Shown here piece after piece: positions 18,033 to 28,223 of a DNA stretch of 64,000 bases. Under the pieces are notes generated by a model, which did no database searches, was not told the origin of the DNA, and saw nothing but the letters and a program-made list of their open reading frames with translations. A program made the position numbers and the translations under genes. Source of the stretch: Candidatus Latescibacterota bacterium (lineage in GTDB: Bacteria; Latescibacterota; UBA2968; GCA-2709665); NCBI GenBank assembly GCA_965116875.1, contig OZ220733.1, positions 3,424,001 through 3,488,000 of the forward strand. Reading direction: 5' to 3'. How positions within the stretch are numbered: the stretch's first letter is position 1; each line of letters starts with the position of its first letter.

Positions 18033-18776
18033 TTATCTATATTTACGGCATATTTCGATCATGCCGAATATGGCGATGACGAAGTCGCGAGCTTTGATTT
18101 TGGACCCCGCCGCGTCCCTCCATTCCGATAGCGGGACTTCGTACACGATGTCACGCACCTGCGGTCGCTCCTTTCCCGTTCTGGCGCGCATCAGCCTGGC
18201 GATGATTTCGACGTCGAAAATCCATCGGGTCGCGAACGGCTCCTGAAAGAGGGCTCGCAGGTCCGGCGTCACCCTGAAGAGCTTCGCGCCGCATTGCGTG
18301 TCGTAGATATCCACGCGAAGAAACAGGGAAGCTGTTACTGCGAACAGCCTCCCCAGCAGGTGCCGCAGCCTGTTGCGCCGGATCGCCCTGCCCAGGAGGC
18401 GGACCCTGGCGCCAAAGGCCATTTCGATGTCCGGCCTGCCGTCCAGGACGCCACGGAACTCAGGGATGGCATCCAGCGGCGTGGCCAGGTCCGCATCCCA
18501 GAATCCGACGTAGTCCGGATCGGATCCGAGTGCTGCCAGGATGCCGTGCCTTATCGCTTCGCCCTTGCCCGCGTTGGCGGCAAGCGCATGGACGTCGAAG
18601 CTACCGGGCGCCGACGCTTTCAGGGCTCGAAGGACGCCGGACGTAGCGTCCGTGCTTCCGTCGTCGACGAACAGAAACCGGATGCCGTGCGTCCGCCTGA
18701 CGAATTCCTGGAACGCCTCGACAGGAAGCCGTTCTGCTTCGTTGTAGCACGGAACGACGATGACGGTATCCGACAT
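18033..18776 (-). CDS. GT2 polyprenol-phosphate glycosyltransferase (Dol-P-glucosyltransferase-like)
   Basis: VVPCYNE, VDDGSTD, GKGEA, DADLATP, DTQCGAKLF and FDVE motifs. Confidence 0.9.
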   Translation of the reverse strand: MSDTVIVVPCYNEAERLPVEAFQEFVRRTHGIRFLFVDDGSTDATSGVLRALKASAPGSFDVHALAANAGKGEAIRHGILAALGSDPDYVGFWDADLATPLDAIPEFRGVLDGRPDIEMAFGARVRLLGRAIRRNRLRHLLGRLFAVTASLFLRVDIYDTQCGAKLFRVTPDLRALFQEPFATRWIFDVEIIARLMRARTGKERPQVRDIVYEVPLSEWRDAAGSKIKARDFVIAIFGMIEICRKYR

Positions 18777-18821
18777 GCGATATCACGCGAGATAAGGAAA
18801 AACAAGCGATCAGCAAAAAGC

Positions 18822-19000
18822 GGGTAGACGTGAGACGTGAGACGGAAGAGGACCACACCCCGCCACACCACCTGGTGAGAGGTGAGACGGGAGAGGGTAG
18901 AGATCGCATGCCGTGTAAGGTTTTTTTTATCATGCCGCAGGCAAGTAGGAGGAATATATCGGCAATGGCTTCTTCTACCGTCTTCCCTCTACCGTCTCCC
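18822..19000. repeat. Inverted heptamer-repeat tract
   Basis: GGTAGAC/GTGAGAC/GGGAGAG units followed by complementary TCTACCG/TCTTCCC/TCTCCC units; similar tracts at ~41220-41245 and 51378-51503. Confidence 0.55.
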
Positions 19001-19186
19001 CGCATTTTGGCAACGCGCCACCTGGTACGGCCAATATAGCGTACCCCGATTCAAGTGTCAATGCAATCGCCGGGAATGAGGACCAGGCGCCGAAGACGCC
19101 GATAATCCTTCCGGAACCCATTCGTCGGACTGTCAGGCGGTATGGGGCGGGCGTCTCCGGTATCGGTTCGGGACCACCTGCCGGGC

Positions 19187-19215
19187 TTGACAAAGGGTTG
19201 TGGAGGCCGTAGATT
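19187..19215 (+). promoter_or_regulatory. sigma70 promoter for the larA-like gene
   Basis: TTGACA-17 bp-TAGATT about 60 bp upstream of the ATG. Confidence 0.65.
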
Positions 19216-19273
19216 TCGCCGTGAATCGAGGCGCCGGATGGACGGCCCGAAGCCCTCTGAACAGGAGGTCGTA

Positions 19274-20557
19274 ATGGCCGCGGAAGAACACGAGATCGAA
19301 GTGGCATACGGCCAGGGCAGCGTTGCGATCGCCGCCGACCCGGAATTGGCGGAATGGGAGGTGATCCGGCCTGCCTTCGAGGCGGCCCTGACTGACCCGG
19401 AACGCCGGTTCCGGCAGGCGATTGATGAGCCCGTGGAATGCAGGCCGCTGCATGAGATCGTTTCGCCCGGGGACAGGGTGGTCATCGTGACCTCGGACGG
19501 TACGCGCGCGGTGCCCAACCGGCAATTGATTCCGTGGATTCTGGAAGCCCTGCCCGTGCCGGAGTCGCACGTTACGATACTGCTGGGAAACGGCACGCAT
19601 CGGGCGAATACGGAAGATGAAATCGGGGAAATGTTCGGCAGCGACGTCGCCGGGCGGCTGGCGATACGGAATCACGACGCGTACGATGAGCGCAGCAACG
19701 TGTTTCTGGGCGCGTCCGCCTGCGGTACGGACGTGTGGCTGGACAGGGCATACGTGGAAGCGGACAAGCGGATCGTGCTGGGATTCATTGAGCCCCATTT
19801 CTTCGCGGGTTTTTCGGGCGGCCCGAAGGGCGTCGCGCCGGGAGTGGCGGGAATCGAGACGATCTATCGGCTGCACCGGTGCGACCTGATCGCGGACCCC
19901 CGGTGTACTTGGGGCGTGCTCGACGGGAACCCCCTGCAGCGGGAGGTCCGGGAAGCCGTGGCGCTCTGCCCGCCGGATTTCCTGGTGAACGTGACGCTGA
20001 ACGGGGAAAAGGCAATTTCCGGGATGTACGTCGGGAACTATCTGGAAGCCCATCGTCGGGGGTGCGCCGGGGCGAAGGCGGCCTCGATGGCGCCGGTGGA
20101 AGAGCCGTTCCAGGTCGCGTTGACGTCGAACAGCGGATTTCCGCTGGACCAGAACCTCTACCAGGCCGTCAAGGGCATGTCGGCCGCCGCCCGCATCGTG
20201 GACGACGGCGGCGCCGTACTTGTCGCCAGCGAGTGTAGCGACGGCGTGCCGGATCACGGGAACTTCGCGGAGTTGATGCGGACGGGGGAGGGGCCGCGGG
20301 ACGTCATGCAGGCGGTGTACAACCGTGAACCCGTTCTGGACCAGTGGCAGGCGCAGACCCTGGCTGCCATCCTGGAGCGGGTTGAGGTTGGCGTGTATTC
20401 CAGTATGGACCGGGCCGATATCGAGGCGTGCAAGCTGGCCGCCGTGGACGATCTGGACGCGGCCCTGCGGGAGAAGATAAACGCGGTCGGCCCAGGCGCG
20501 CGGGTGGCCGTACTGCCGGATGGCCCGCTGACCATTCCGTATCTTATTGATCCATAA
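19274..20557 (+). CDS. larA: LarA-family nickel-pincer-dependent 2-hydroxyacid racemase/epimerase
   Basis: SDGTRAVPN, GNGTHR, NHDA, IEPHFFAGFSGGPKG and PLDQNLYQAVKGM motifs; AGGAGG SD. Confidence 0.85.
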   Translation: MAAEEHEIEVAYGQGSVAIAADPELAEWEVIRPAFEAALTDPERRFRQAIDEPVECRPLHEIVSPGDRVVIVTSDGTRAVPNRQLIPWILEALPVPESHVTILLGNGTHRANTEDEIGEMFGSDVAGRLAIRNHDAYDERSNVFLGASACGTDVWLDRAYVEADKRIVLGFIEPHFFAGFSGGPKGVAPGVAGIETIYRLHRCDLIADPRCTWGVLDGNPLQREVREAVALCPPDFLVNVTLNGEKAISGMYVGNYLEAHRRGCAGAKAASMAPVEEPFQVALTSNSGFPLDQNLYQAVKGMSAAARIVDDGGAVLVASECSDGVPDHGNFAELMRTGEGPRDVMQAVYNREPVLDQWQAQTLAAILERVEVGVYSSMDRADIEACKLAAVDDLDAALREKINAVGPGARVAVLPDGPLTIPYLIDP

Positions 20558-20612
20558 ACAGGATTGACGCGAAACAGATGGCCATGGCGAAGGGGTCACG
20601 AATGCCTTTCAC

Positions 20613-20763
20613 GGGAGCGAGGGCATCCTGCCCTCGATGGCGAATTGGAGGGGTCTTGGCGCCGTCATTTAGGATGAGTTTTCGGAAGGAAGGGAGGCAG
20701 TTGGCCCTTTATGTGGGTATTGACTGGATACCTGCAATTCGAGGGCAGGGATGCCCTCGCTCC
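20613..20763. repeat. Inverted pair of GGAG-type REPs (REPIN-like)
   Basis: GGGAGCGAGGGCATCCTGCCCTCG at 20613-20636 and its near reverse complement at 20740-20763. Confidence 0.75.
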
Positions 20764-20829
20764 GGCACTGCTTTTCAGTGTAATTTGAGAGAGTCAATTT
20801 TGGTCACGTGTATGGAAAGGCGTTAATTC

Positions 20830-23367
20830 ATGCAGAAATCCATTTCAATAAGACTTCAGGTTGTCGAATCCGCGGGCATCGCGCGGCGCGGATGGCCCGT
20901 GACGCGGGGGGTCCCTATGCCCCCGGGCGCCGTCTCCGATCCGACCCTGTTGGGCGTGAACGATGCGGACGGCCGCCCGGTATCCGCACAATTTCGCGTG
21001 TTGAGCCGATGGCCGGACGGGAGTCTGAAGTGGGTTCTGACGGATTTTCAGGCGGATGTACCGGCTGGCGGCGAGTCGACTTATACGGTCTGTCAAAGCG
21101 GCGCCGGCGACGGGCAGGGCGACCGGGTCCGCGTTCATGAGGACGACGAGAGTTTGGTCGTTACGACGGGGCCCCTCCGGTTCGCCGTGAGTCGCCGGAG
21201 GTTCTCTCTTGTGGAGACCGCGGCGCTGGGGCGGACGGGACCGGACGGGACGTTCGCGCCGGAAGTGGAAGTCGCCGGCCCGGGTGGAGACGCGTGGGTG
21301 CGTATCCGAGAGTCGCATCTGGACGACGACGGAAAGCGGTACATCTACGGGATGGGCGGCGATTGCCTGGCATCCCTCGCGGAAGCCGTGTACGACGTGA
21401 GCGTGGAGGAGTCCGGACCACTCCGGGCCGTGATCCGGTGTGAAGGCGCATTCGAGGCCGATCTGCCGATGCACCATTACGCGGGTTATCGGCCGTTTCG
21501 TTTTGTGACCCGAATCTACGCGTACGCGGGCCGCACCGAGTTACGTGTGCTGCACACCGTAATCGCGGCCTGCAATCCGAGAGAGACCGAAGTGGAGGAA
21601 ATCGGTCTGCGGGTGCCGTTCTCGCTGTCCGGTTCCGTGAATTACCGGGTTGCCGCAAGCCGGGAGATCGCAGGTACGGCAACCGCGGGTGAATCCCTGT
21701 TGCTTTCCCAGCGGCTTCACAATCACTTTCGTCTCGACCGTCGTCAGGGCCAGCGAACGGGAACGCTTGCCGAGGGAGACCGGACGGAAGGCTGGATTGC
21801 CTGCGACGACGGCAGTGCGGGCGTTGGCGTCGGCCTTCGCTATATGCCCGAGGAATATCCAAAGGCGCTTGGGCTTTCCGGCACGGGCGGCGGGATCGAC
21901 GTGTATTGCTGGAAGGATCCCGATGGAAAATGCCTTTCTCTGAAGCGGTATTCGGAAGCTGTGGCGTGGGACGAGGGTGAGGGTGTCTATGCGGACGGCA
22001 CCGGTACGTCCAAGACCACCGAGTTCTTCGTCTGTTTCCACCGGGCGTCCGACGGCGCCGGCGTCCCGGGTCTCCTGACGGGCTGGTTGGCGCCGCCGCA
22101 CGTGTCCGTGGATCCGGCATGGATGGCGGCATGCGAGGCGACGGGGGGGTTTCAACCCCTCGACGAGGGACGGTTTCCAAAGTCCGAGCGGATGATGGCG
22201 GGGTTTGTCGACTGGCTGCGGCGGAATATCGAACTGGGCGCATGGTACGGGTATCATGACTGGGGCGATGCGCTGGTGGCGTGGGACCAGGGTACGGACG
22301 ACTGGCGTTTCTACGGCCGATGGGGGTGGTGCAACAGCGAGTGGGACCCCAGGCACGGCGTATGGGTGCAGTATATGCGGACCGGCCGCGCCGGAGATTT
22401 CCTGCTCGGGGAAGCGATGACCCGTCACTCGACGGACGTGGATACCTGCCACTATCACCCGTTCAGGCCATATATGGTGGGTGGCTGTTTCCGGCACAGC
22501 GTGGACCATTTCGGCGATGAGAGTTGCGCGTCACACACGTTCCTTGACGGATGGATGGATTATTACTACCTGACCGGCGACCTGCGGACGCTGGAAGTGA
22601 TCCGTGAGGCCGGCGAGTTTCTGCTGCGGTACCGGTGGACGGAGGACCCGGCGTTCAGTTTCAGCCTGCGCAGCATTTCGAACACGCTGCGCGGCCTGCT
22701 TTACGTGTATGAAGCCACGGGCGAGGAACGGTTCAAGGCACGCGCGCTGGACGTGTACGAGGCGATCGCGCGCGGTCAGAATGAAGACGGAAGCTGGCAC
22801 AAGCGGTTCCAGATCTCCACAGCGGAACGCCTGTCGGACCAGAGGCCGTACGGCATGGCCACCGAGGGCACGACGCTGGCCGTGGAAATGGGCACCGCGG
22901 CGCCGTTCACCGACGCCGAATTCCGCACCTTGAGAGGCGATGCCAGGACGACTCACCGGGTCCTGCCGGTCTCGGAACAGAAGGGGTACCAGACCCACTA
23001 TCTGATGGTGGGGCTGGAACTGCTGCACCGCCTCACGGAACGGGACGACGTGGGGAAGGTCTACCTCAAGGCCGTGGACTGGTTCTGCGGCGATCCGGAA
23101 GGGTCTGACCCGGAACATGCCATCCAGCAGCGATACGGCGGCGTCATCTGCCGGCACCTGGGCTATGCGTACCGGATGACGGGGAACCGGAACTACCTGG
23201 AGATCGGCCGGGCGGTCTTGAGGGTACTGATCGAAAGCCAGGATTGGAGCGACGATCCGAGACGCCGCGGGGCGGTGGAAATGAGTCCCATGCACATCAG
23301 TCTCCTGTTCTTCGGCGTACCCTGTTTTCTCGGCGCACTGTCCCACGCCGGGATGGGCGAGGAGTGA
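20830..23367 (+). CDS. PcRGLX/YetA-like lyase/glycosidase family protein
   Basis: PVTRGVP, WPDGSLKW, ESGPLRAVI, WYGYHDWGD and RHSTDVD motifs; alpha/alpha-barrel-like C-terminal half. Confidence 0.75.
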   Translation: MQKSISIRLQVVESAGIARRGWPVTRGVPMPPGAVSDPTLLGVNDADGRPVSAQFRVLSRWPDGSLKWVLTDFQADVPAGGESTYTVCQSGAGDGQGDRVRVHEDDESLVVTTGPLRFAVSRRRFSLVETAALGRTGPDGTFAPEVEVAGPGGDAWVRIRESHLDDDGKRYIYGMGGDCLASLAEAVYDVSVEESGPLRAVIRCEGAFEADLPMHHYAGYRPFRFVTRIYAYAGRTELRVLHTVIAACNPRETEVEEIGLRVPFSLSGSVNYRVAASREIAGTATAGESLLLSQRLHNHFRLDRRQGQRTGTLAEGDRTEGWIACDDGSAGVGVGLRYMPEEYPKALGLSGTGGGIDVYCWKDPDGKCLSLKRYSEAVAWDEGEGVYADGTGTSKTTEFFVCFHRASDGAGVPGLLTGWLAPPHVSVDPAWMAACEATGGFQPLDEGRFPKSERMMAGFVDWLRRNIELGAWYGYHDWGDALVAWDQGTDDWRFYGRWGWCNSEWDPRHGVWVQYMRTGRAGDFLLGEAMTRHSTDVDTCHYHPFRPYMVGGCFRHSVDHFGDESCASHTFLDGWMDYYYLTGDLRTLEVIREAGEFLLRYRWTEDPAFSFSLRSISNTLRGLLYVYEATGEERFKARALDVYEAIARGQNEDGSWHKRFQISTAERLSDQRPYGMATEGTTLAVEMGTAAPFTDAEFRTLRGDARTTHRVLPVSEQKGYQTHYLMVGLELLHRLTERDDVGKVYLKAVDWFCGDPEGSDPEHAIQQRYGGVICRHLGYAYRMTGNRNYLEIGRAVLRVLIESQDWSDDPRRRGAVEMSPMHISLLFFGVPCFLGALSHAGMGEE

Positions 23368-23439
23368 CGAAGAGCACGGCGTCGCCCCCGCGGGCAGGCA
23401 TCGCGGAGGACACTTATACGGGCAGACGTTAATCAGCCG

Positions 23440-24543
23440 ATGGAGGTCGTAAAGATGGCAGGTTCGGGGTGTGTTCGGGTTGGAATTCTGGGTCAGGGGC
23501 GAAGCGGACGCGACATTCACGCGGAATGGTTGTGCCGTTCGCCCGAGAAATATACCATCGTAGCCGTCTCTGATCTGCTGAGGGACCGCCGCGACCGCGC
23601 GGTACGCGAGTTCGGGTGCGACGCGTTCGCCGACTACAAGGACGTGCTGGCGCGGGAGGACGTAGACCTGGTCGTCAACGCATTGCCCAGCCATCTGCAT
23701 ACGCAAAGCACCGTGGAAGCGTTCCGTGCCGGCCGTCACGTCGTCTGTGAAAAGCCCGTGGCGGCAAGCACGGGTGACTTTCGCCGCATGGTGGCCGCGT
23801 CCCGGCGCTCGGGCAGAATCCTGGCGCCGTTTCAGCAGTCCAGGTACGCGCCGCACTTTCAACAGATACGCCGGGTGATCGACTCGGGCGTCCTGGGGAG
23901 AATCGTGCAGATCCGCATTGCGTTCAACGGATTCGCGCGCCGGTGGGACTGGCAGACCCTCCAGGAATTCAAGGGCGGCAACCTCCTGAATACGGGGCCG
24001 CACCCGATGGATCAGGCGCTCTGTCTGCTGGATTGGAAAAAGCCCGCCGTGCAATGCATCATGGACCGGACGAATACCTACGGCGACGCGGAGGACCACG
24101 TAAAGGTGCTGCTGCAGCGGAAGGGGTCGCCCACGATCGATCTGGAGATCTCCTCGTGCGACGCCTTTTCCGGGGACATGTACCGCGTCTACGGGACCCG
24201 TGGCGGGCTGGCGGGCGGTTCCGGCGGCGTCAGGTGGCGGTTTTACGATCCCGGTGCATCGCCGATACAGCGGCTGACGCGTACGCCGCTGCCCGGTCCG
24301 AGCTATTGCAGGGAGGAGTTGGCGTGGACCGAGGCGTCGTGGGCGCCCGATGAAGCGGAGAAGGATGCGTTTACGTTTATGTCCCGAGCGTTTTACGATC
24401 ATCTGCATCAGGTCCTGAAGGGAGGTGCGCCATTGTATATTACGCCCGAACAGGTCGCCGTGCAGGTGGCGGTGATGGAGGAATGCCACAGGCAGAATCC
24501 GCTGTCCAGGCGGAAGACAAGAGGCTGGAAAAACGGGAGTTAA
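23440..24543 (+). CDS. Gfo/Idh/MocA family oxidoreductase
   Basis: GQGRSG Rossmann motif, VCEKP, GGNLLNTGPHPMD. Confidence 0.9.
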   Translation: MEVVKMAGSGCVRVGILGQGRSGRDIHAEWLCRSPEKYTIVAVSDLLRDRRDRAVREFGCDAFADYKDVLAREDVDLVVNALPSHLHTQSTVEAFRAGRHVVCEKPVAASTGDFRRMVAASRRSGRILAPFQQSRYAPHFQQIRRVIDSGVLGRIVQIRIAFNGFARRWDWQTLQEFKGGNLLNTGPHPMDQALCLLDWKKPAVQCIMDRTNTYGDAEDHVKVLLQRKGSPTIDLEISSCDAFSGDMYRVYGTRGGLAGGSGGVRWRFYDPGASPIQRLTRTPLPGPSYCREELAWTEASWAPDEAEKDAFTFMSRAFYDHLHQVLKGGAPLYITPEQVAVQVAVMEECHRQNPLSRRKTRGWKNGS

Positions 24544-24560
24544 TAAAAGAGGGATACGGC

Positions 24561-25661
24561 ATGGCGAGTTCCTGTCGGACGGTGCTGGTCGGTTGCGGGG
24601 GGATGGGCCGACAGCATCTGAAGATCATCCGGGGAATGCCCGATTTCGAAATTGCCGGCATCTGCGACGTGTTCGACGAAGCGATCGCGGACGCCGGTGA
24701 CGCGTTCGGGGTGTCCGGACGGTACTCCGACTTCGAACGGATGTACGACGAGACGCGTCCCGATCTCGTCGTGGTGGCCACCCAGACGCGGGGGCATCGC
24801 GCCCCCGCCGTGGCGGCGCTGCGGCGCGGGATATCCGTTCTCTGCGAAAAGCCGATCGCCATCGATCCCGCCGAGGCGGATGAGATGGTTGCGGCGGCTG
24901 ACGCATCGGGCGCGAAGCTGGCCGTCAACCAGCAGAGCCACGTGAGTTCGGCTGTATTGACGGCGCGCGAAATGGTTCGCAAAGGGGATATCGGGCAGGT
25001 TGTACTCGTGCGGGGGCGGAACAAGTCCGGGCGCCGGAGTGGAAACGAGTTTACGGAGATGGGAACCCACGTCGCCGACATGATGATGCGCTTCGGCGGC
25101 GTGCCCGCGTGGTGCTCCGGCAACGTCTGGTGTCAGGGGCGCCTGGCGAACGTCAGCGACGTGATGGAAGCAAAGGAAATGTCGCCGCGTGACAGGGATT
25201 CCGGCCTTGTGGCGGGCGACCGGGCAACGGCGCAGTACGGCTTCGAGGGCGGTGTCCTGGGAGAAGTCCACTTCCTGAGATTCCGGGCGGCGATGAGCGA
25301 AAATTACGGTGTGGACGTAATCGGAACCGAAGGTCAGCTTGCGGTCCGCGCTTCAGGCAGCGTTGCGCACGCGCTCTGGCGCCTTCCCAGGCCCATGGAA
25401 GGATTGCCGGGGGGTCGCGGGGACTGGGCGCCGGTGCCGTTGGGCGACTCCGAGGACGGCGACTCCATTGCCAGGATGTATCGCCGGATGGTCGCGGCGA
25501 TTGAGTCGGGGACGGACCCGCCCTCGAGCGGGGCCGATGCACGGACGGCGTTCGAGATGATCCTCGGTATCTACCAGTCACACAGGGAGGGCGGGCGCCG
25601 CGTGGCGTTGCCGCTTTCGGACCGCCGGCATCCCCTGGTTGCGTGGCGGAGTGAAACTTGA
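24561..25661 (+). CDS. Gfo/Idh/MocA family oxidoreductase
   Basis: VGCGGMG, LCEKP, EMGTH motifs. Confidence 0.9.
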   Translation: MASSCRTVLVGCGGMGRQHLKIIRGMPDFEIAGICDVFDEAIADAGDAFGVSGRYSDFERMYDETRPDLVVVATQTRGHRAPAVAALRRGISVLCEKPIAIDPAEADEMVAAADASGAKLAVNQQSHVSSAVLTAREMVRKGDIGQVVLVRGRNKSGRRSGNEFTEMGTHVADMMMRFGGVPAWCSGNVWCQGRLANVSDVMEAKEMSPRDRDSGLVAGDRATAQYGFEGGVLGEVHFLRFRAAMSENYGVDVIGTEGQLAVRASGSVAHALWRLPRPMEGLPGGRGDWAPVPLGDSEDGDSIARMYRRMVAAIESGTDPPSSGADARTAFEMILGIYQSHREGGRRVALPLSDRRHPLVAWRSET

Positions 25662-25681
25662 GACAGGAATCGGACGCAGAC

Positions 25682-26755
25682 ATGCCAATTGCCGAAAGCG
25701 TCAGGGCGGCGCGGGTCGAACTGGATGCTCACGTGCGGGACACCGTGGCATGGCATTTCGACCCGGAAACGGGCTGCCCGTTCTGGCTGGAATTCGCAGC
25801 CGGTCTTGACTTCGATCCGCGCCGGGAGATCGGGGGCTATGAAGATCTGAAGATCCTCGGTCATTTTCAGGACGAATGGCTGCGCGGCGGCCCCGTGCGC
25901 CGTTGGATTCCCCGCGGAAGCGCGGAAAAGCGGACGTACGTGTTCGAAACCGGCGGATCCACCGGGGTGCCCAAGTACCGGATCAGCCAGGACGACTTCC
26001 AGACCGACTACGAGATCTTCAGCAGGCGCCTTTCAGACGAGACGTTTCCCATAGGGGCCGACTGGCTGATGCTGGGTCCCACGGGTCCGAGGCGGCTGCG
26101 GCTGGCGGTGGAATACCTCTGCCAGATCCGCGGCGGCATCTGTTTCCTGGTGGACCTGGACCCCAGATGGGTCAACAAGCTGATCGCGCGCGGCGCCCTC
26201 CAGGAGCTGGAGCTCTACAAGGCCCACGTGATCGATCAGGCGCTGACCATTCTTCGTGCAAACGACAACGTCAGGTGCATGTTCACAACGCCGAAGCTTC
26301 TGGAAGCAATCTGCGAAAAGATTTCATTGAAAAAGGCCGGCATTTCGGGGATATTTTGCGGTGGGACCGAGATGGACGCACAGTTCAACCGGTTCGCGAG
26401 AGAAGAGCTGGTTCCCGGAATCGACTTCGTGCCCACGTACGGAAATACGTTGATGGGCCTGGCGTATTCCAAGCCGCTCAAACCCTCGGACAATTACGCC
26501 ATTACCTATTATCCTCCGGTCCCGCGGGCCGTGATCGAACTGGTGGACCCCGATCATCCTGACGAACCGGTGGAATATAACGCGGTTGGCAGGGTCATGT
26601 TGACAACCCTGACCCGTGAGTTCTTCATGCCGCGGTTTCTGGAACGGGACGAGGGCGAACGGGCCGAACCCATCGAGGCGTTTCCCTGGGACGGGGTGAG
26701 GAATCTGGGTCTGTTCTCCGAGATGCAGGAGTCTGTTGTCGTCGGCGTATATTAA
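25682..26755 (+). CDS. EhpF/LuxE-like adenylate-forming enzyme
   Basis: WHFDPETGCPFW, FETGGSTGVPK P-loop, GGTE, YGNTLMG and ERD motifs as in EhpF-type AMP-binding proteins; alternative start at 25658. Confidence 0.75.
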   Translation: MPIAESVRAARVELDAHVRDTVAWHFDPETGCPFWLEFAAGLDFDPRREIGGYEDLKILGHFQDEWLRGGPVRRWIPRGSAEKRTYVFETGGSTGVPKYRISQDDFQTDYEIFSRRLSDETFPIGADWLMLGPTGPRRLRLAVEYLCQIRGGICFLVDLDPRWVNKLIARGALQELELYKAHVIDQALTILRANDNVRCMFTTPKLLEAICEKISLKKAGISGIFCGGTEMDAQFNRFAREELVPGIDFVPTYGNTLMGLAYSKPLKPSDNYAITYYPPVPRAVIELVDPDHPDEPVEYNAVGRVMLTTLTREFFMPRFLERDEGERAEPIEAFPWDGVRNLGLFSEMQESVVVGVY

Positions 26756-26788
26756 CGGGAAGGCTCGACAGCGATCCACGAGGATGGT

Positions 26789-28213
26789 ATGAACCATATC
26801 CCGGTTTTGCGTGCGGGAAATCCCTATACGAGTCTGGACATCCAGGAAATCCCCCACGTTGGGACCGGAGAACCGCTGGTGAAGGTCAGCCAGGCGAATC
26901 CGGGTCTGATCGCGAGGGACCTCAACGCCGCGCACGCGAATAGACGGACCCTGGATGCGATCAGCGTTTCCGACCTTGCAGCCATTACGCGCCGCGCCGG
27001 CGGATTGTTCGCGGAGGCGGACCTGCCGCTGGATGGCCAGACGCAATCGCCCGGGGACTACGTCCGACAGGTCTCCGGGACAACGGGAATTCCCGAAACC
27101 CTTTGCCGGGAGAATATGGAAAAGATCCGGTTGGCCTGCAGCCGGATCGACGCCGTGCTTACCGGTCTGACTCGCGGGCTGGATCTGGCAGTACTGGATG
27201 AGGGGTGGGTTCCGGAGAACGGCCGGCCATTGAGCTATGTCCGGCAGGCCGACGCGCTTGGCGCCGTTTTGCCAAGCAATTCGCCGGGCGTGCATTCGCT
27301 CTGGATTCCGGCGGTTTCGCTGAAGGCGCCCCTCGTGCTGAAACCCGGTCGTGAGGACCCATGGACGCCGTACCGGATTGCACAGGCGTTTTTCGCCGCG
27401 GGATGCCCGGGCGAAGCGTTCGCCATCTATCCCACCGGTCACGCAGGGGCCAACGAAATCCTCCTGCGGTGCGGGCGATCCCTTTTGTTTGGGGGCGGCG
27501 CTACTGTCGCGCCGTGGCTGCACGATCCGCGGGTATCCGTCCATGGTCCGGGCCGCAGCAAGGTGATTCTGGGAGAAGACGTGGTGGAACGCTGGGAGGA
27601 TTTCCTGGACGTGATCCTGGTTTCCATCGCGGCCAACGGAGGACGTTCCTGCATCAATGCGTCCGGCGTGTGGACACCCGCGTGCGGACGCGAGATTGCG
27701 GAGGCGATTGCGCACCGGCTCGCGCGAATCGAGGCGCGGCCGCTGAACGACCCACAAGCCCGGATTGCCGCATTTTCCAATCCGGCCGCGGCCGCCGGGA
27801 TTTCCAATAGGATCGACGTCCAGTTGAATAGCGGTGGAGCGGAGGATCTGACCGCTGGCCTGCGCGGCGGCCGGCTTGTCGAACTGGACGGCCTGACGTT
27901 CCTGAATCCGACGCTGGTATGGTGTGAATCTCCGGATCACCCTCTTGCAAATACGGAATACCTGTTTCCCTATTCAAGCGTGGTCGAAGTACCGCAGGCG
28001 GAGGTGGCCCATCGGATCGGGCCCAGCCTGGTGGTCACGGTATTGACAGAGGATGAAGACCTGATCGGCGATCTGCTGAATTCGCCTCAAGTGGATCGAC
28101 TGAACGCGGGGCCGATTCCCACGAACCGGATCTCATGGGACCAGCCGCACGAAGGGAATCTGTTCGATCACCTCTACCGCCAGCGGGCCTTTCAGTTCGC
28201 CCGGGGAGCGTAG
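26789..28213 (+). CDS. Aldehyde dehydrogenase-fold protein (EhpG/LuxC-like acyl reductase candidate)
   Basis: PSNSPGVH, LKPG, GRSCINAS catalytic Cys, EYLFP and PHEG; the usual ELGG is replaced by HGPGRSK. Confidence 0.8.
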   Translation: MNHIPVLRAGNPYTSLDIQEIPHVGTGEPLVKVSQANPGLIARDLNAAHANRRTLDAISVSDLAAITRRAGGLFAEADLPLDGQTQSPGDYVRQVSGTTGIPETLCRENMEKIRLACSRIDAVLTGLTRGLDLAVLDEGWVPENGRPLSYVRQADALGAVLPSNSPGVHSLWIPAVSLKAPLVLKPGREDPWTPYRIAQAFFAAGCPGEAFAIYPTGHAGANEILLRCGRSLLFGGGATVAPWLHDPRVSVHGPGRSKVILGEDVVERWEDFLDVILVSIAANGGRSCINASGVWTPACGREIAEAIAHRLARIEARPLNDPQARIAAFSNPAAAAGISNRIDVQLNSGGAEDLTAGLRGGRLVELDGLTFLNPTLVWCESPDHPLANTEYLFPYSSVVEVPQAEVAHRIGPSLVVTVLTEDEDLIGDLLNSPQVDRLNAGPIPTNRISWDQPHEGNLFDHLYRQRAFQFARGA

Positions 28214-28223
28214 GGGGGCCCGG

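Noticed and set aside
19133-24489. Long antisense ORFs (e.g. 19133-20599, 22531-24489; also 26324-27940, 48360-49838)
   Set aside because: Shadow frames opposite well-supported genes in GC-rich DNA, with no recognisable motifs
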